From NCBI RefSeq assembly GCF_006345805.1, contig NC_042997.1, positions 169,012,001 through 169,076,000 on the forward strand: a stretch of 64,000 nucleotides of DNA. The letters run 5' to 3'. The notes under the pieces were generated by a model that saw only the letters and a program-made list of their open reading frames with translations, did no database searches and was not told the DNA's origin. Below are positions 1 through 12,680 of the stretch, piece after piece. A program made the position numbers and the translations under genes. The stretch comes from Octopus sinensis (lineage: Eukaryota). Numbering within the stretch: the first letter of the stretch is position 1; each line of letters begins with the position of its first letter.

Positions 1-239
1 TTCTCCTAGGGGATTTAGTGTTGTAGGGGTTGTGTCAAGGATTTCTTTACACAGGTGGGTGATGTAGCATTTTTTGGCCGATAGGTGGACGATATTGCAA
101 TTTGGCGCGAAAAATTTGGTAAACACTGGACGATATGTTTTTTTTAAATTTTGAAACTGATGCTCAGAGGTTGTCGCATGATTCGAGTGTAGTATGAAAC
201 TCGAGTTGTGCAGGAAATTCTCATCTTCAGCGCCTTAAC

Positions 240-249
240 TGTGCTGTGC

Positions 250-284
<35 letters not shown>

Positions 285-417
285 TGCCCGCGCGTGTATA
301 TGTAACACACATGTGCATATATACACACATACATAAATATGTATATGTATGTATGCATGTATGTATGTATTTATGTATGAATACTTACATATAAGAGAAC
401 AAAGTGTACGTACGCTG

Positions 418-465
<48 letters not shown>
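240..465. repeat. Compound (TG)n/(TATG)n/(TA)n microsatellite
   Basis: Directly visible; explains the low-complexity ORF 144..539. Confidence 0.95.
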
Positions 466-471
<6 letters not shown>

Positions 472-1828
472 AAATACAAAATGGACAAGAACGCAAAACG
501 GGACAACAAAACATCCAGATAGACGATGCAAAAAAACACGGACGGGTTATTCGAAGCCTTTTATCTTCAGTCAAGAACCGGATCATCCCCGCAATATTCT
601 TAGTTTTGACTGTGCATGTACGTAAAGTGAAACAGTCCACCGTGACTTAAAGCACGCAACTCAGTATTGTGATCTCTATATTAAAAATGTTGCGTCCATA
701 CGAAAACAATATCCATGCTGGGGGTGCTGGGGGTAGCAATCATAAGGAATAAGAAGAGGGTTTCAGTTGTAGTATACTAGGAGGCAGAGATAGAGGAGGC
801 GAATTATCAGTTGCAGTTGTATGGAACCGATTCACCATTCTCTGAAGTGCAGCAGGTACCAGCTACTTTTGTTGCTGTTTAGTCTACGAGTAAGGTTAGC
901 CCTAGTGAACTTTTCCCCATTTGATTGAAAAATTTTTTTCTTGAAACTTCTTGTATGCTCCTTCTAATTGTTTTGACTGTAATTTGGTACCACCGCCATT
1001 TTTAGAAACATTTTTAAAAAATTCTCTCTCAGATTAGATCCCGCAGTAAAGAGATACTGTCTAATTTTACTAATTTTTTTGTTGGGGGTCTAGAAAATGT
1101 GCTGAGTCAAAAAATTTCGAATCTTTTCACTTTGACCGGCAGATTTTAAAAATAATTACTTTGTAACTAAACACTTTTAAACTTTGTATACTGGTAGTGT
1201 GTTACATAAAACATCTTTTTCTCTTGGCTTTCTTAAGAAAATTCTGTTGTTTGTAAGTTATTTGTTGTTTAATTTCTTGCATTTCGGCAATTTCAACCAA
1301 TCAATGACGTCTTTACATGTAGACTGAGCCAATATTAACTTTAATACTACTACTATTAGAGGTATTTAAAATGTTTGTCTCCGTGGGAGTGCTGTATGAG
1401 CGCTGTTCACAAATATTCCGAACAGTTTAATACTATCTTTGTCAGCCTGTTCGAAATATTTTTTCTTCTACTAATTGTTTATTAAAATATTCATTCATGT
1501 TCATTCTGTGATGCAATTTGTTTTTATGTTCTCAGTCTCATCTTGTTTGCTGTTGTAAAACTTTTCTTTCTATCAGACATTGTAAAAATAACATATGGTT
1601 AAAATGTTTAAACAAACAGATCTTTATGTATATCTGGATATCGGAGCGGGTCGTTCTCATATAATTATAATTCTTTTTTCTTTTTTTTTTTTTTGGTAAG
1701 AACTCCAACGAAATTTTCAATTGAAAATGCTTGAAGGAAGAGAAAAAGTAAAACGTGTTTTTCACCCTTCGAGAATCAATAATAATCTTTTCAACTACAA
1801 ACACTAGGCCTGAATCTTTTGGTATGTA

Positions 1829-2006
1829 GGGTGGTAGACGATTACATCAACCTCAGTGTTCAACTGGCATTTATTTTTTTCGACCCCAAAAGGATGAAAG
1901 TCAAAGTCGACCTCGGCGGAATTTGAACTCAGTACGTTAAGAGCCGTAAATAATGCCGCTAAGCATTTTGCTTGATGCTCTAACTACTCAGTCAGGTCAC
2001 CACCTT
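1829..2006 (-). mobile_element. tRNA-derived SINE family A (OK-like), degenerate copy
   Basis: Reverse complement carries the family core ctgagttcaaattccgccgaggtcgactttgactttcatcc shared with many copies in the window. Confidence 0.8.
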
Positions 2007-2079
2007 AACAACAACAACAAGAGCAATGGTTTGTGATTTAACACAGACCAGCAATTTTTAAAGGATAAGGCTCGTCGTT

Positions 2080-2420
2080 ACTCATCGAACCCAGTGGACT
2101 CCCAAGAGGATGAAAGACAAAGTTGACCTCGTTGGGACTTGAAGTGAAAACGTAAAGGGACAGAATAACCAGCACAATTCATTATTTCTGACGTTGTCAC
2201 GATTCTCCAACTCACCGCCTAATAATAGTTTCTGGTTTAAGCACATCATTTTGATAGAAAACGGAGTAGTCGATACAATCGACTCCAGTACTGGACTGGT
2301 ATTATATTTCATCGAGCGGGTGGGAGACAAAGCTGACTTCATCGGGATTCAAACTCAGAACATTAGAAGTCCGAACAAATACGGCAAAGTATCTGACACC
2401 CTAATGATTCTGCCAAATAC
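2080..2420 (-). mobile_element. Two adjacent degenerate SINE family A copies
   Basis: Diverged matches to the family core and head at about 2080-2220 and 2262-2420. Confidence 0.6.
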
Positions 2421-2934
2421 TAATCTTGCATAAGGTCGAAAATATTTTGGAGTTAAGAGTGTCTTAGTATACAGCTGGTAATCGAGAGCGCCTTTGCTTG
2501 ATCTGTGGACAGGTAGAAATAACAATCAAATCTCTTTGAAAACAACATCTTATCTTTCTGAAAAATATAACACATTGGATAATGCAGTCTAGGCTACACT
2601 ATTCCTTGACAAAGAAAAGACGAGATAATCAAAGCTGAAACATTCTTTGATCACAAGCTAGAAGTAAGAAAGATTAAGTTAATCTGGCAAGATTTGAACT
2701 CAGAACACCGAAGGATGCAAATAAACACCACAAGACATGTGGCCCGTATTTTTACCGATTGAGCTACTCTTGCTAGGCAGAAATGAATTATTGTCGTTAT
2801 TTATTCTTAAACAAAATGCACCCACTTTTTGTCATTCCAACATACAAGTGCAGGTTTTCAATGCAAATTTCAGTAACTCTACTTTCCTTTTGACAAGTTA
2901 CAGCACTAATAATAATGGCGATGATGATGATGAT

Positions 2935-3333
2935 GTTGAATTCAAAATTTGGCACAAGGCCAGCAAGTTCGAGGAAGGGTATAAGTCGATTACATCGACC
3001 CTAGTGTTCAAGTGGTGCTTATTTTATCGATCCCTAAAAAGATGAAAGGTAAAGTCGGATTCGGCGGAATTTGACCTCATAACATAAAGACAGGCGTAAT
3101 ACCATTTCTTTACTGCCCACAAGGGGCTAAACACAGAGGACAAACAAGGACAGACAAACGGATTAAGTCGATTACATCGACCCCAGTGCGTAACTGGTGC
3201 TTATTTAATCGACCCCGAAAGGATGAAAGGCAAAGTCAACCTCGGCGGAATTTAAACTCAGAACGTAGCGGCAGACGAAATACCGCTAATCATTTCGCCC
3301 GGTGTGCTAATGATTCTGCCAGCTCACCGCCTT
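2935..3333 (-). mobile_element. SINE family A, long internally duplicated form
   Basis: Reverse complement of the long form seen at 8765-9144; head ends at ctcaccgcctt. Confidence 0.9.
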
Positions 3334-3352
3334 AATAATGATGATGATGATG

Positions 3353-3912
3353 AAATGCCCTGATGCAGTACCAGACAGTGGCTCTAATAGCTCCTGATCT
3401 TAACTGATTGGAAGTGTTATCGTGTACATTGCCTTGCCCTGGTATAAAAGATGGGCTACAGTAAATATTCTGCTCAATATTACAGATTTGCTAGTCAGTT
3501 GATTTACCTTAACCAGTTGAGCATGTCCTTTAATGGCTGACGATATGTGAATCTCTGATCACGAGCAGGAGTAGTGGGGGAGCATCAGAGCCATGTGCTG
3601 AGAGGAATTCTTTGGGGTTAGAATAATTCATCTTTGGAAACATGAATGTTTTGTTCATCTTCCTTAAGCAACCCTTATTCAGGAACCTTTTGAGCGGGAT
3701 GGGCTACTCGACCTGAAGAAAATTCTGACTGGACCCCCACCTGCAAGGTCATGTACTGTTTATCTTGACATGAGATCACCATGTCGCACACATATGGTTG
3801 TGATGCATGTGCCTGGTGTACCCTTATCAGACGGGTTGTCATGATGGGTATACTGGGCTTCATATAGTTTACTCTAGTGTCTCTTTGATGGCATGCACTG
3901 CTCTCTCACTCA
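3353..3912 (+). mobile_element. 560-bp non-coding interspersed element in (TAA/TGA)n (candidate Dong-dependent non-autonomous element)
   Basis: Same length and homologous to the reverse complement of 20311-20870; followed by (AAT)n; no coding homology recognised. Confidence 0.8.
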
Positions 3913-3945
3913 ATGATAATAATAATAATAATGATAATAATAATC

Positions 3946-4153
3946 AATACCTAGATGCAGTACCAGGCAGTGGCTCTCATGACTGCAAGGTCAAGCGCTG
4001 TTTATCATGATATGAGATCACGATGTCGCGCACATATGGTTGTGATGCATGTGTCTGGTGTACCCTTATCAGACGGGTTGTCATGATGGGTATACTGGGC
4101 TTCGTATATTTTACCCCAGTGTCACTTTGATGGCATGCACTGCTCTCTCACTC

Positions 4154-4154
<1 letters not shown>
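3946..4154 (+). mobile_element. Internally deleted copy of the 560-bp element
   Basis: First ~35 bp joined to the last ~170 bp of the element; flanked by (AAT)n. Confidence 0.85.
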
Positions 4155-4209
<55 letters not shown>

Positions 4210-4220
4210 TAATAATAATA

Positions 4221-4595
4221 AAAGACCTACTCATTGAAATTGAGAAAATGTGGCATCTCAAGGCGGTTACAATACCAGTGATCGTAGGAGCACTAGGAAT
4301 GATCAAGAAGGGAACCGAAAATTATATGAGAATGATCCCTGGCTTACCATCCCTGCAAGAAGTGCAAAAGATTGTCTTAACTGGTACATCACACGTATTG
4401 AGAAGAGCATTGTCGATGTGAGAACTGTTGCTGCTCATGTATTTTAATTTAACTTAAAAAAAAAAAAAAAAAATGAACGAACTATTGAGTTTGGTTTAAT
4501 GGCCTACCAATGTATACTATGAGTTTCTTTGCCCTAGGAGTCGGGAAGACACTCGGCAAGAAATGGAAGCAAATTTGAAAGAAGAAAAAAAAAAG
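4221..4595 (+). mobile_element. R4/Dong-clade non-LTR retrotransposon, 5'-truncated 3' end
   Basis: DLLIEIEKMWHLKAVTIPVIVGALGMIKK...GTSHVLRRALSM* is homologous to the C-terminus of ORF 20996..21811; followed by a 3'UTR and (TAA)n, with (TAA)n also upstream. Confidence 0.88.
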
Positions 4596-4614
4596 TAATA
4601 ATAATAATAATAAC

Positions 4615-4658
<44 letters not shown>

Positions 4659-4668
4659 CAACAATAAC

Positions 4669-4733
<65 letters not shown>
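4596..4733. repeat. (TAA)n microsatellite
   Basis: Directly visible. Confidence 0.97.
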
Positions 4734-4734
<1 letters not shown>

Positions 4735-4989
4735 TTCTATATTAACGCGTAAATAAGATTAACATAATGAAACAAACAAAAAAGATCAAGAATGTGTAAT
4801 CCTCAATAGGGAGAAGACATTTGAGGATTGTTCATGGAAAAAAACCCATAATAACCATGGGTACCCCGACTTTTAGGGCAACTGCCTCTGTTCCTTTCCT
4901 TTCTGCAGCTACAGGCGCACGCTCAGAGCAAGCCCGTTTACTCGCACCCATTCTCACCGAATAACAATAAAGACAATTGCATGTGTTGT

Positions 4990-5835
<846 letters not shown>

Positions 5836-6274
5836 CGTCGATGTTTTTCTTCCTATTCTCTCCCCCACCCCACCCTTTTTTTTTACCTACCCCCACCATC
5901 GCCACCATTCCTACACTAAAACTATCTTTTATAGAATCGCCGTATATACTTCGATAATCGTAATGTCACTACATTCTGAAACACTAGCCCATAGCTGTCA
6001 CAATGCAAACGCAGCAGACGTACAAGAGTACAAATGGCTTCCAATTCACTCAACGTAATAAGTGAAGATGGCGCCAATGTTTTCTCCTGCCTCCAACGAT
6101 CTCGTATAAAATTTAACCTCAACTTTCCAGAAGTCTCCGACCAGAATATTTCAGTTTCGACATGAATATCTTCAAGGAGCCATTTAAAGCAAAAACTCAA
6201 ATTGCACTATGCTGGCTGGCGGCTGCAGTAGACTTAGAACCATGCTTTAATCGGATGTGAACTTATGAATACGT

Positions 6275-6281
6275 CTCTCTT

Positions 6282-6351
<70 letters not shown>

Positions 6352-6432
6352 TTCTCTTTTTCTCTCTTTCTGTCGCTTGCTCGCTCATTTTCTTCCTTTC
6401 GCTCTTTCTTCACTCACACACACACACTCACT

Positions 6433-6476
<44 letters not shown>

Positions 6477-6579
6477 CACACACACACACACTCACACATA
6501 CACAGATATACACACATGTATATTTATAATGATATATCTTTCTTTGCATCTGTCTCTCGCTCATCTCTTACTTCGTCTC

Positions 6580-6612
<33 letters not shown>

Positions 6613-7140
6613 TGTATGTATGTATGCATGTATGTATGTATGCATGTATGTATGTATGTATGTATTTTTGTATGCATGTATTTATGTATGTATGTATGTA
6701 TGTATGCATGTATGTATGTATGTATGTATGTATGTATGTATGTATGTATGCATGCATGTATGCATGTATGCATGCATGTATGTATGTATGTATATATGTA
6801 TGTATGTATGTATGTATGCATGCATGTATGTATGTAGTATGTATGTATGTTGTATGTATGTATGTATGTATGTATTATGTATGTATGTATGTGTATGTAT
6901 GTATGTATTTTTGTATGCATGTATTTATGTATGTATGTATGTATGCATGTATGTATGTATGCATGTATGTATGTATGTATATATGTATGTATGTAGTATG
7001 TATGTATGTATGCACGTATGTATGTAGGTATGTATGTATGTATACAGATAGATAGATAGATATACATACATACATGTATGTATGGATATGTACTCAGATA
7101 CACACACACACACAACACACACACACACACACACACACCT
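6275..7140. repeat. (CT)n, (CA)n and long degenerate (TATG)n microsatellites
   Basis: Directly visible; source of the MYVC/HTYI ORFs. Confidence 0.95.
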
Positions 7141-7777
7141 GCATCATATAGGTAGAGTGACGTAAGCTGTGATGTGTGCGTGACTGCACGCGGAAGTGTG
7201 TAAAAGGTAGAGAGAGCGAGTGAGAGAGAGAGTTAGAGAAAGAAGGAAAGAAAGAAAAAGAATGAATGAATGAAGAAAGTAATAAAGAAAGAAAGGAAGA
7301 AAGAAAGAGGTGATAGTGCATATGAATGTGTGCATGAGTCTACGTGCATATGCGCTTATGCATGAATGTGTGTGTACATGTATACACATAATCTATCATC
7401 TGTCTATATAATGTGCGTGTATATATGAGTGTGCATATGTTTATGTATATAAGTGCAAATATCTACGCGCAGAAACACACACTGATATATCTATATGTGC
7501 ACATATGTGCATGTGTGCGCGAGTGTGTACGTGAATGCATATGTATATGTATAAGGGAAAGTTTGTGTAGATAGAAACACATTCACAGCTTACATATATA
7601 ATATTTCTAAGCAACATGAAAATATTGTTTAGAAATAATCAAATCCTGAGCGGAATCATATTTATATTTCGAAAATTCTAAGCAGTTGTTACTTTTAATC
7701 AGACAAAAAGTATAGGAATTCCTATTACTTACAGAAAATATGTATCAATGATATATATACATATATACATACATATA

Positions 7778-7810
<33 letters not shown>

Positions 7811-7870
7811 ACACATATATATACTTACACGCGCACACACACACACATACAGGCACACACACACACACAT

Positions 7871-8275
7871 GTAGGCGTAGGAGTGGCTGTGTTGTAAGTA
7901 GCTTGTTTACGAACCACTTGGTTCCGGGTTCAGTCCCACTGTGTAGCACCATGGGCAAGTGACTTCTACTATAACCTCAGGCCGACCAAAGGCTTGTGAG
8001 GGGATTTGGTAGACGATAACTGAAAGAAGCCCGTCATATATAATATATATATGTATGTATGTATGTGTCTGTGTTTGTCCCCCTAGCATTGCTTGACAAC
8101 CGATGCTGGTGTGTTTACGTCCCCGTAACTTAGTGGTTCGGCAAGAGATACCGATAGAATAAGTAGGCTTACAAAGAATAAGTCCTGGAGTCGATTTGCT
8201 CGACTAAAGGCGTTACTCTAGAATGGCCACAGTCAAATGACTGAAACAAATAAAAGAGTAAAGAATAAAGAGTAT
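7871..8275 (+). mobile_element. tRNA-derived SINE family B (central catgggcaagt/ttgggcaagt CORE-like domain, internal microsatellite, CR1-like tail)
   Basis: Head gtaggcgtaggagtggctgtg, B-box-like ggttcagtccc, tail gaatggccacag...taaaagagtaaag; multiple copies in the window. Confidence 0.9.
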
Positions 8276-8283
8276 ATATATGT

Positions 8284-8540
8284 GGAGGCGCGTGGCTTAG
8301 TGGTTAGGGTGTCAGCATCATGATCGTAAGATAGTGGTTTCGATTCCTGGACCGGGCGACGCGTTGTGTTCTTAAGCAAAACACTTCATTTCACGTTGCT
8401 CCAGTCCACTCAGCTGGCAAAAATGAGTAACGCTGCGATGGACTGGCGTCTCACCAACCTGGGGAACACATACGCCATTGAAACCGGGAAACCGGGCCCA
8501 TGAGACTGGCTAGGCTTTTAAAATGGCCGCATTTATTTAT
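8284..8540 (+). mobile_element. tRNA-derived SINE family C (OR2-like)
   Basis: A-box tggcttagtgg, B-box gtttcgattcc, (TTTA)n tail; partial homologue near 17640-17770. Confidence 0.85.
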
Positions 8541-8764
8541 TTTACATATCTGTATCCATACACACACACACACACACACACGCAAATTTATGTATTTAAG
8601 TATTATATTTGATATGTATCTTTTCCACTACTGGAATTTTGGGAGAGGTAGTGGATTACATAGATCCCAGCGTTCGACTGGAAGGATACCCGGCAAAGAA
8701 GACCTCATTGTAATTTGAACTCAGAAGGAAAACGAACTGTTGGTCTGCGAAATATACATCTTAA

Positions 8765-9144
8765 CGGCGGCGAGCTGGCAGAAACGTTAGCACGCCGGGC
8801 GAAATGCTTAACAGTATTTCGTCTGCTGCTACGTTCTGAGTTTAAATTCCGCCGAGGTCGACTTTGCCTTTCATCCTTTCGGGGTCGATAAGTTGAGTAC
8901 CAGTTACGCACCGGGTCGATATAATCGACTTAATCCGTTTGTCTGTCCTTGTTTGTCCTCTCTGTGTTTAGCCCCTTGTGGGTAGTAAAGAAATAGGTAT
9001 TTCGTCTGTCTTTATGTACTGAGTTCAAATTCCGCCGAGGTTGACTTTGCCTTTCACCATTTCGGGGTCGATAGATTGAGTACCAGTTGTGTACTGGCGT
9101 CGATCTAATCGACTGGCTCCCTTCCACTAAATTTCGGGCCTTGT
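8765..9144 (+). mobile_element. SINE family A, long internally duplicated form
   Basis: Head ggcggcgagctggcagaaacgttagc; core ...ttcaaattccgccgagg... occurs twice. Confidence 0.92.
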
Positions 9145-9427
9145 AAAAAATATATATATAAAAGAGTATATATATAAAAGAGTAGAAAAGTGTATATATA
9201 TATATATATATATATATACGTCTTTATAGACAGGGGCATGACCAATAGCTTTCCAGCCATGACCATTCCTTCTTTTAATTACCGAACATTTTGTACTAGC
9301 CACATAATAACTTATCTAATTTCTTTTAAGCTGATAGGGTGTGGTTTAAAGGTAATTTGATTGCTATTTCTTGTAAACCGAGCGACTGTGTCTGAGTTTT
9401 TGTGTGTGTGTGTGTGTGAGTTGCTCA

Positions 9428-9475
<48 letters not shown>

Positions 9476-9479
9476 GTTT

Positions 9480-9575
9480 AAATATTTGTTGTGCAAGATT
9501 TTATTGGCTAAACTGACAATATGACCATTCCGAAATATAACAATATATATATATATATATATATTGCCAGTTTAG
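9480..9575. mobile_element. Short fragment of the Penelope-like repeat seen at 10385-10704
   Basis: ttattggctaaactgacaatatgaccattccgaaatataacaatat matches 10660-10704. Confidence 0.65.
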
Positions 9576-10004
9576 CGAACAGGAACAACGTGAAATGAAG
9601 TGTTTTGTGTGTGTGTGTGTTCATAATAAATTAATGACTATGGTAAGAGGTAGAAATAAAACACTCTTTTGCCTGTCAGAAGAACTTCGCTCACATTCAA
9701 ATTTGAATACCTTTACTTGAGAAAGTCACTTCGCTTCATGTTGCTTCACTCAGATGAAATAAATACCAGAAGAGTCCTGAGGCAGTCGACTCTCTTGTAT
9801 GTTCCGATGGAACAAGGATGGGAAGGCAAAGAGGATATCCGTGTCTACTTGCACCTACATTGGCACCTAAAGCAATTCGTGAATGTATAGTGAACACTAC
9901 AAAATTCAACTCGCTCGAGAATGATGGCTATGCCTTTTCGCTAACGAACTCCCCGAAAACTCATTTCTAAAAATAAAAATATAAAAGATGTTTAAGCGTC
10001 TAAT

Positions 10005-10382
10005 TGATATTGTGGTAAGAAGCTTGCTTCGCAACCACATGCTTCCGGGTTCAGTCTCACTGCGTGGTATCTTGAGCAAGTGCCTTCTGCTACAGCCTAG
10101 GACCGACCAAAGCCTTGTGAATGGATTTGGTAGACGGAAACTGAAATAAGTCCGTCGTGTGTGTGTGTGTGTGTGTGTGTGACTGTGTTTCTTCCCCACC
10201 ACTTCTTGACAACTGGTGTTGGTGTGTTTTCGTCCCTATTATCTAGCGGTTCGGCAAAAGTGACCGATGGAATAAGTGCCAAGCTTTAAAAAATAAGTCC
10301 TGGGGTCGACTAAAACCCTTCAAGTCGTTGCCTCAGCATGGACGTGGTCAATTGACAGAAACAAGTAAAATATCTAAAAAGA
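10005..10382 (+). mobile_element. SINE family B
   Basis: Homologous to 7871-8275. Confidence 0.85.
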
Positions 10383-10384
10383 TA

Positions 10385-10704
10385 TATATTTGTTTTGCAA
10401 GATTTTTGATGTGAAATCGTTTGTTGAAACAGATATTGTTGTATTTAGGAATGGCCATTTTGCCAGTTTAGCCAATAAAAACACACGCACTGACCGTTAG
10501 TAAGGAGAGACGCACAAATAAGAAAAAAGAAAGCAAAGGACCACTGATGAGGTCACAGGAGTGTGACGAAAGAACTCTGGCCGAAATAAGATTAAGATTA
10601 ATGTAAAAAATAAATAACACTGAAGCAAAGTAACACCAAATATGTAGTGCGTGTGTTTTTATTGGCTAAACTGGCAAAATGACCATTCCTAAATACAACA
10701 ATAT
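10385..10704. mobile_element. Penelope-like (pLTR-type) repeat fragment with a 59-bp inverted repeat
   Basis: 10433-10491 and 10646-10704 are inverted copies with 1 mismatch and enclose a hammerhead-like motif. PLE assignment is an inference from this architecture. Confidence 0.55.
10538..10582 (+). ncRNA. Minimal type I hammerhead ribozyme-like motif
   Basis: gg-a-cca CTGATGA g gtcaca-ggag-tgtgac GAAA gaac TC tgg-cc: core, 6-bp stem II, stem I cca/tgg (+gg/cc). Confidence 0.55.
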
Positions 10705-11922
10705 AAAAAGATAAGAATCTGTAAAAATGAAAGAACCATTATTTTTTTTCAGGGAAACTCATACAGTTCACTGGTTCTTGTGCACTTACGATTCATTCTT
10801 GTACTAAAAATGTTCCCCAGCCCTGTTACAGCACATCCATTTTTTTTATAGTCTCATACGTCTATTCTGGCATGATAGATTCACGTGACTACTTAATCTC
10901 ATTTTCGCCATTTATTATATGACCGTAAACTGAATTGTTAACAGGCTATCTTCTATCCGAACTATTTAATCTCATTATTGCGAATATATGACCGGAAAAT
11001 GATTTGTTAACGTACTGCTTACTTTCAACCCGTGCCACTTTCTCTTTCGACGTAGTGCTACTTCTGATTAAAGCGTAAACTAAGCATTATATTTCATATT
11101 TGTTTCTACAATAAATATCTTTAAAAAATATACCTTGAATGACAATATGGTTACAATCGTATCACTTGGTAATGTTTTCAATATATTCTCTTCCCTTATT
11201 GCTAACGATTTATCGATAGTAATTTAAAGTGATTCTCGTAAAACGAAATGCAACCAAGAATGGTTTCTCCAATGACGAAAGGAAGCTTTAGGAATATTCC
11301 GTTTGGATTACTATAAAAATTTTGGTCTGTTTCATATTATTTTCACAGCTGATTCCTATTTTTCCTTCTTTTTTGTAAATTTATTGTTTGTCGTTTATAG
11401 CTTCCTATTTATTGAGAAATTAATTCAAATCATAATTGAGATGCTTAGAAGTGTTTATGGTAGATATGTGGATCAAATAACAATTAGTAGAACGAGTTAG
11501 CCATAAAATGAAAACATCAATAATGACATAGAAGAACAATAATACTGTAAACTGCCAATCGGAAAGAAAAAGGTAATGTTATAAATAATTCATAGCAATT
11601 ACCAACAGCATCAGAACAAGTCAATAAATTATATTATTGACATACTTGTGTACATTAATTGTCTCATTAAATGCTGGTGGATATATTAACCATAATTTTA
11701 TGTTTGTCACCATACGACAACTTGGAAGGGCGCCATTCAATCGACTATAGAACTGACTTCAGGGTTGTTTTATAGGAACAATTTGGGAGAGCACTGTAAC
11801 GATTGAAGCGTTATTCTCGTGCTTGAAATTGCAAATATAAAATTTTCATTGCTCTGTGGTCAATAAGGTAAAGACTAAAAACGAAACTCATTTCCTAGCT
11901 AGAACACAACTTTTATATAAAT

Positions 11923-12152
11923 ATGAAATTTTATATAAATACTCTTTACTCTTTTTACTTGCTTCAGCCATTTGACTGTGGCCATGCTGGAGCACCGCCT
12001 TTAGTCGAGCAAATCGACCCCAGGACTTATTCTTTGTAAGTCTAGTACTTATTCTATCGGTCTCTTTTGCCGAACCGCTAAGTTACGGGGGCGTAAACAC
12101 ACCAGCATTGGTTGTAAAACGATGTTGGGGGTACAAACATAGACACACAAAA

Positions 12153-12209
<57 letters not shown>

Positions 12210-12386
12210 CATATATACGACGGGCTTCTTTCAGTTTCCGTCTACTAAATCCACTCACAAGGCTTTGGTCGGCCCGAGGCTGTTGTAGTAGACGCTTGCC
12301 CAACGTGTCACGCAGTGGGTCTGAACCCGGAGCCATGTGGTTGGTAAGCAAGCTACTTACCACACAGCCACTCCTACGCCTACATA
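11923..12386 (-). mobile_element. SINE family B, full length, with 23-bp target-site duplication
   Basis: tagaacacaacttttatataaat at 11900-11922 and 12387-12409. Confidence 0.93.
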
Positions 12387-12477
12387 TAGAACACAACTTT
12401 TATATAAATTTTTGTTCAACCCATGCTGTCGAAAAACATGAGTCATCATTTTAAATAAGTTAATATCTTATGATAAT

Positions 12478-12680
12478 TAGTTGGCAGAATCATTAGCACG
12501 TCAGGGGAAAAACTAAGTGGCATTTCGTCTGTCTTTACGCTCTGAGTTCAACTTTTGTCGTCTTTGTCTTTCATCCTTTTGGGGGTCAATAAAATAAGTA
12601 CCAGCCGAGAACTGTGGTCGTGTAATCGACTTAGCCCTCAACCTCCGAAATTGCTGGCCTTGTACAAAAATTTGAAACCA
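12478..12680 (+). mobile_element. SINE family A, short form
   Basis: Head ttggcagaatcattagcacg plus degenerate core. Confidence 0.8.

Noticed and set aside
1-240. Complex sequence ending ...gcgcc|TTAA (possible Kolobok-type terminus) and a CTGATGC...GAAA-ctcgag-t hammerhead-like string
   Set aside because: The other end is not identifiable in the window; the hammerhead core is mismatched and there is no convincing stem II.
466-660. Minus-strand CTGAAGA...GAAT motif in a probable interspersed repeat
   Set aside because: The GAAA and stems are too degenerate to call a ribozyme; the family could not be assigned.
900-1320. Sequence resembling a DNA-transposon subterminal region
   Set aside because: No TIR pair, TSD or second copy in the window.
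7871-8540. tRNA-like heads as genuine tRNA genes
   Set aside because: A and B boxes only, no complete cloverleaf; they continue into SINE bodies.
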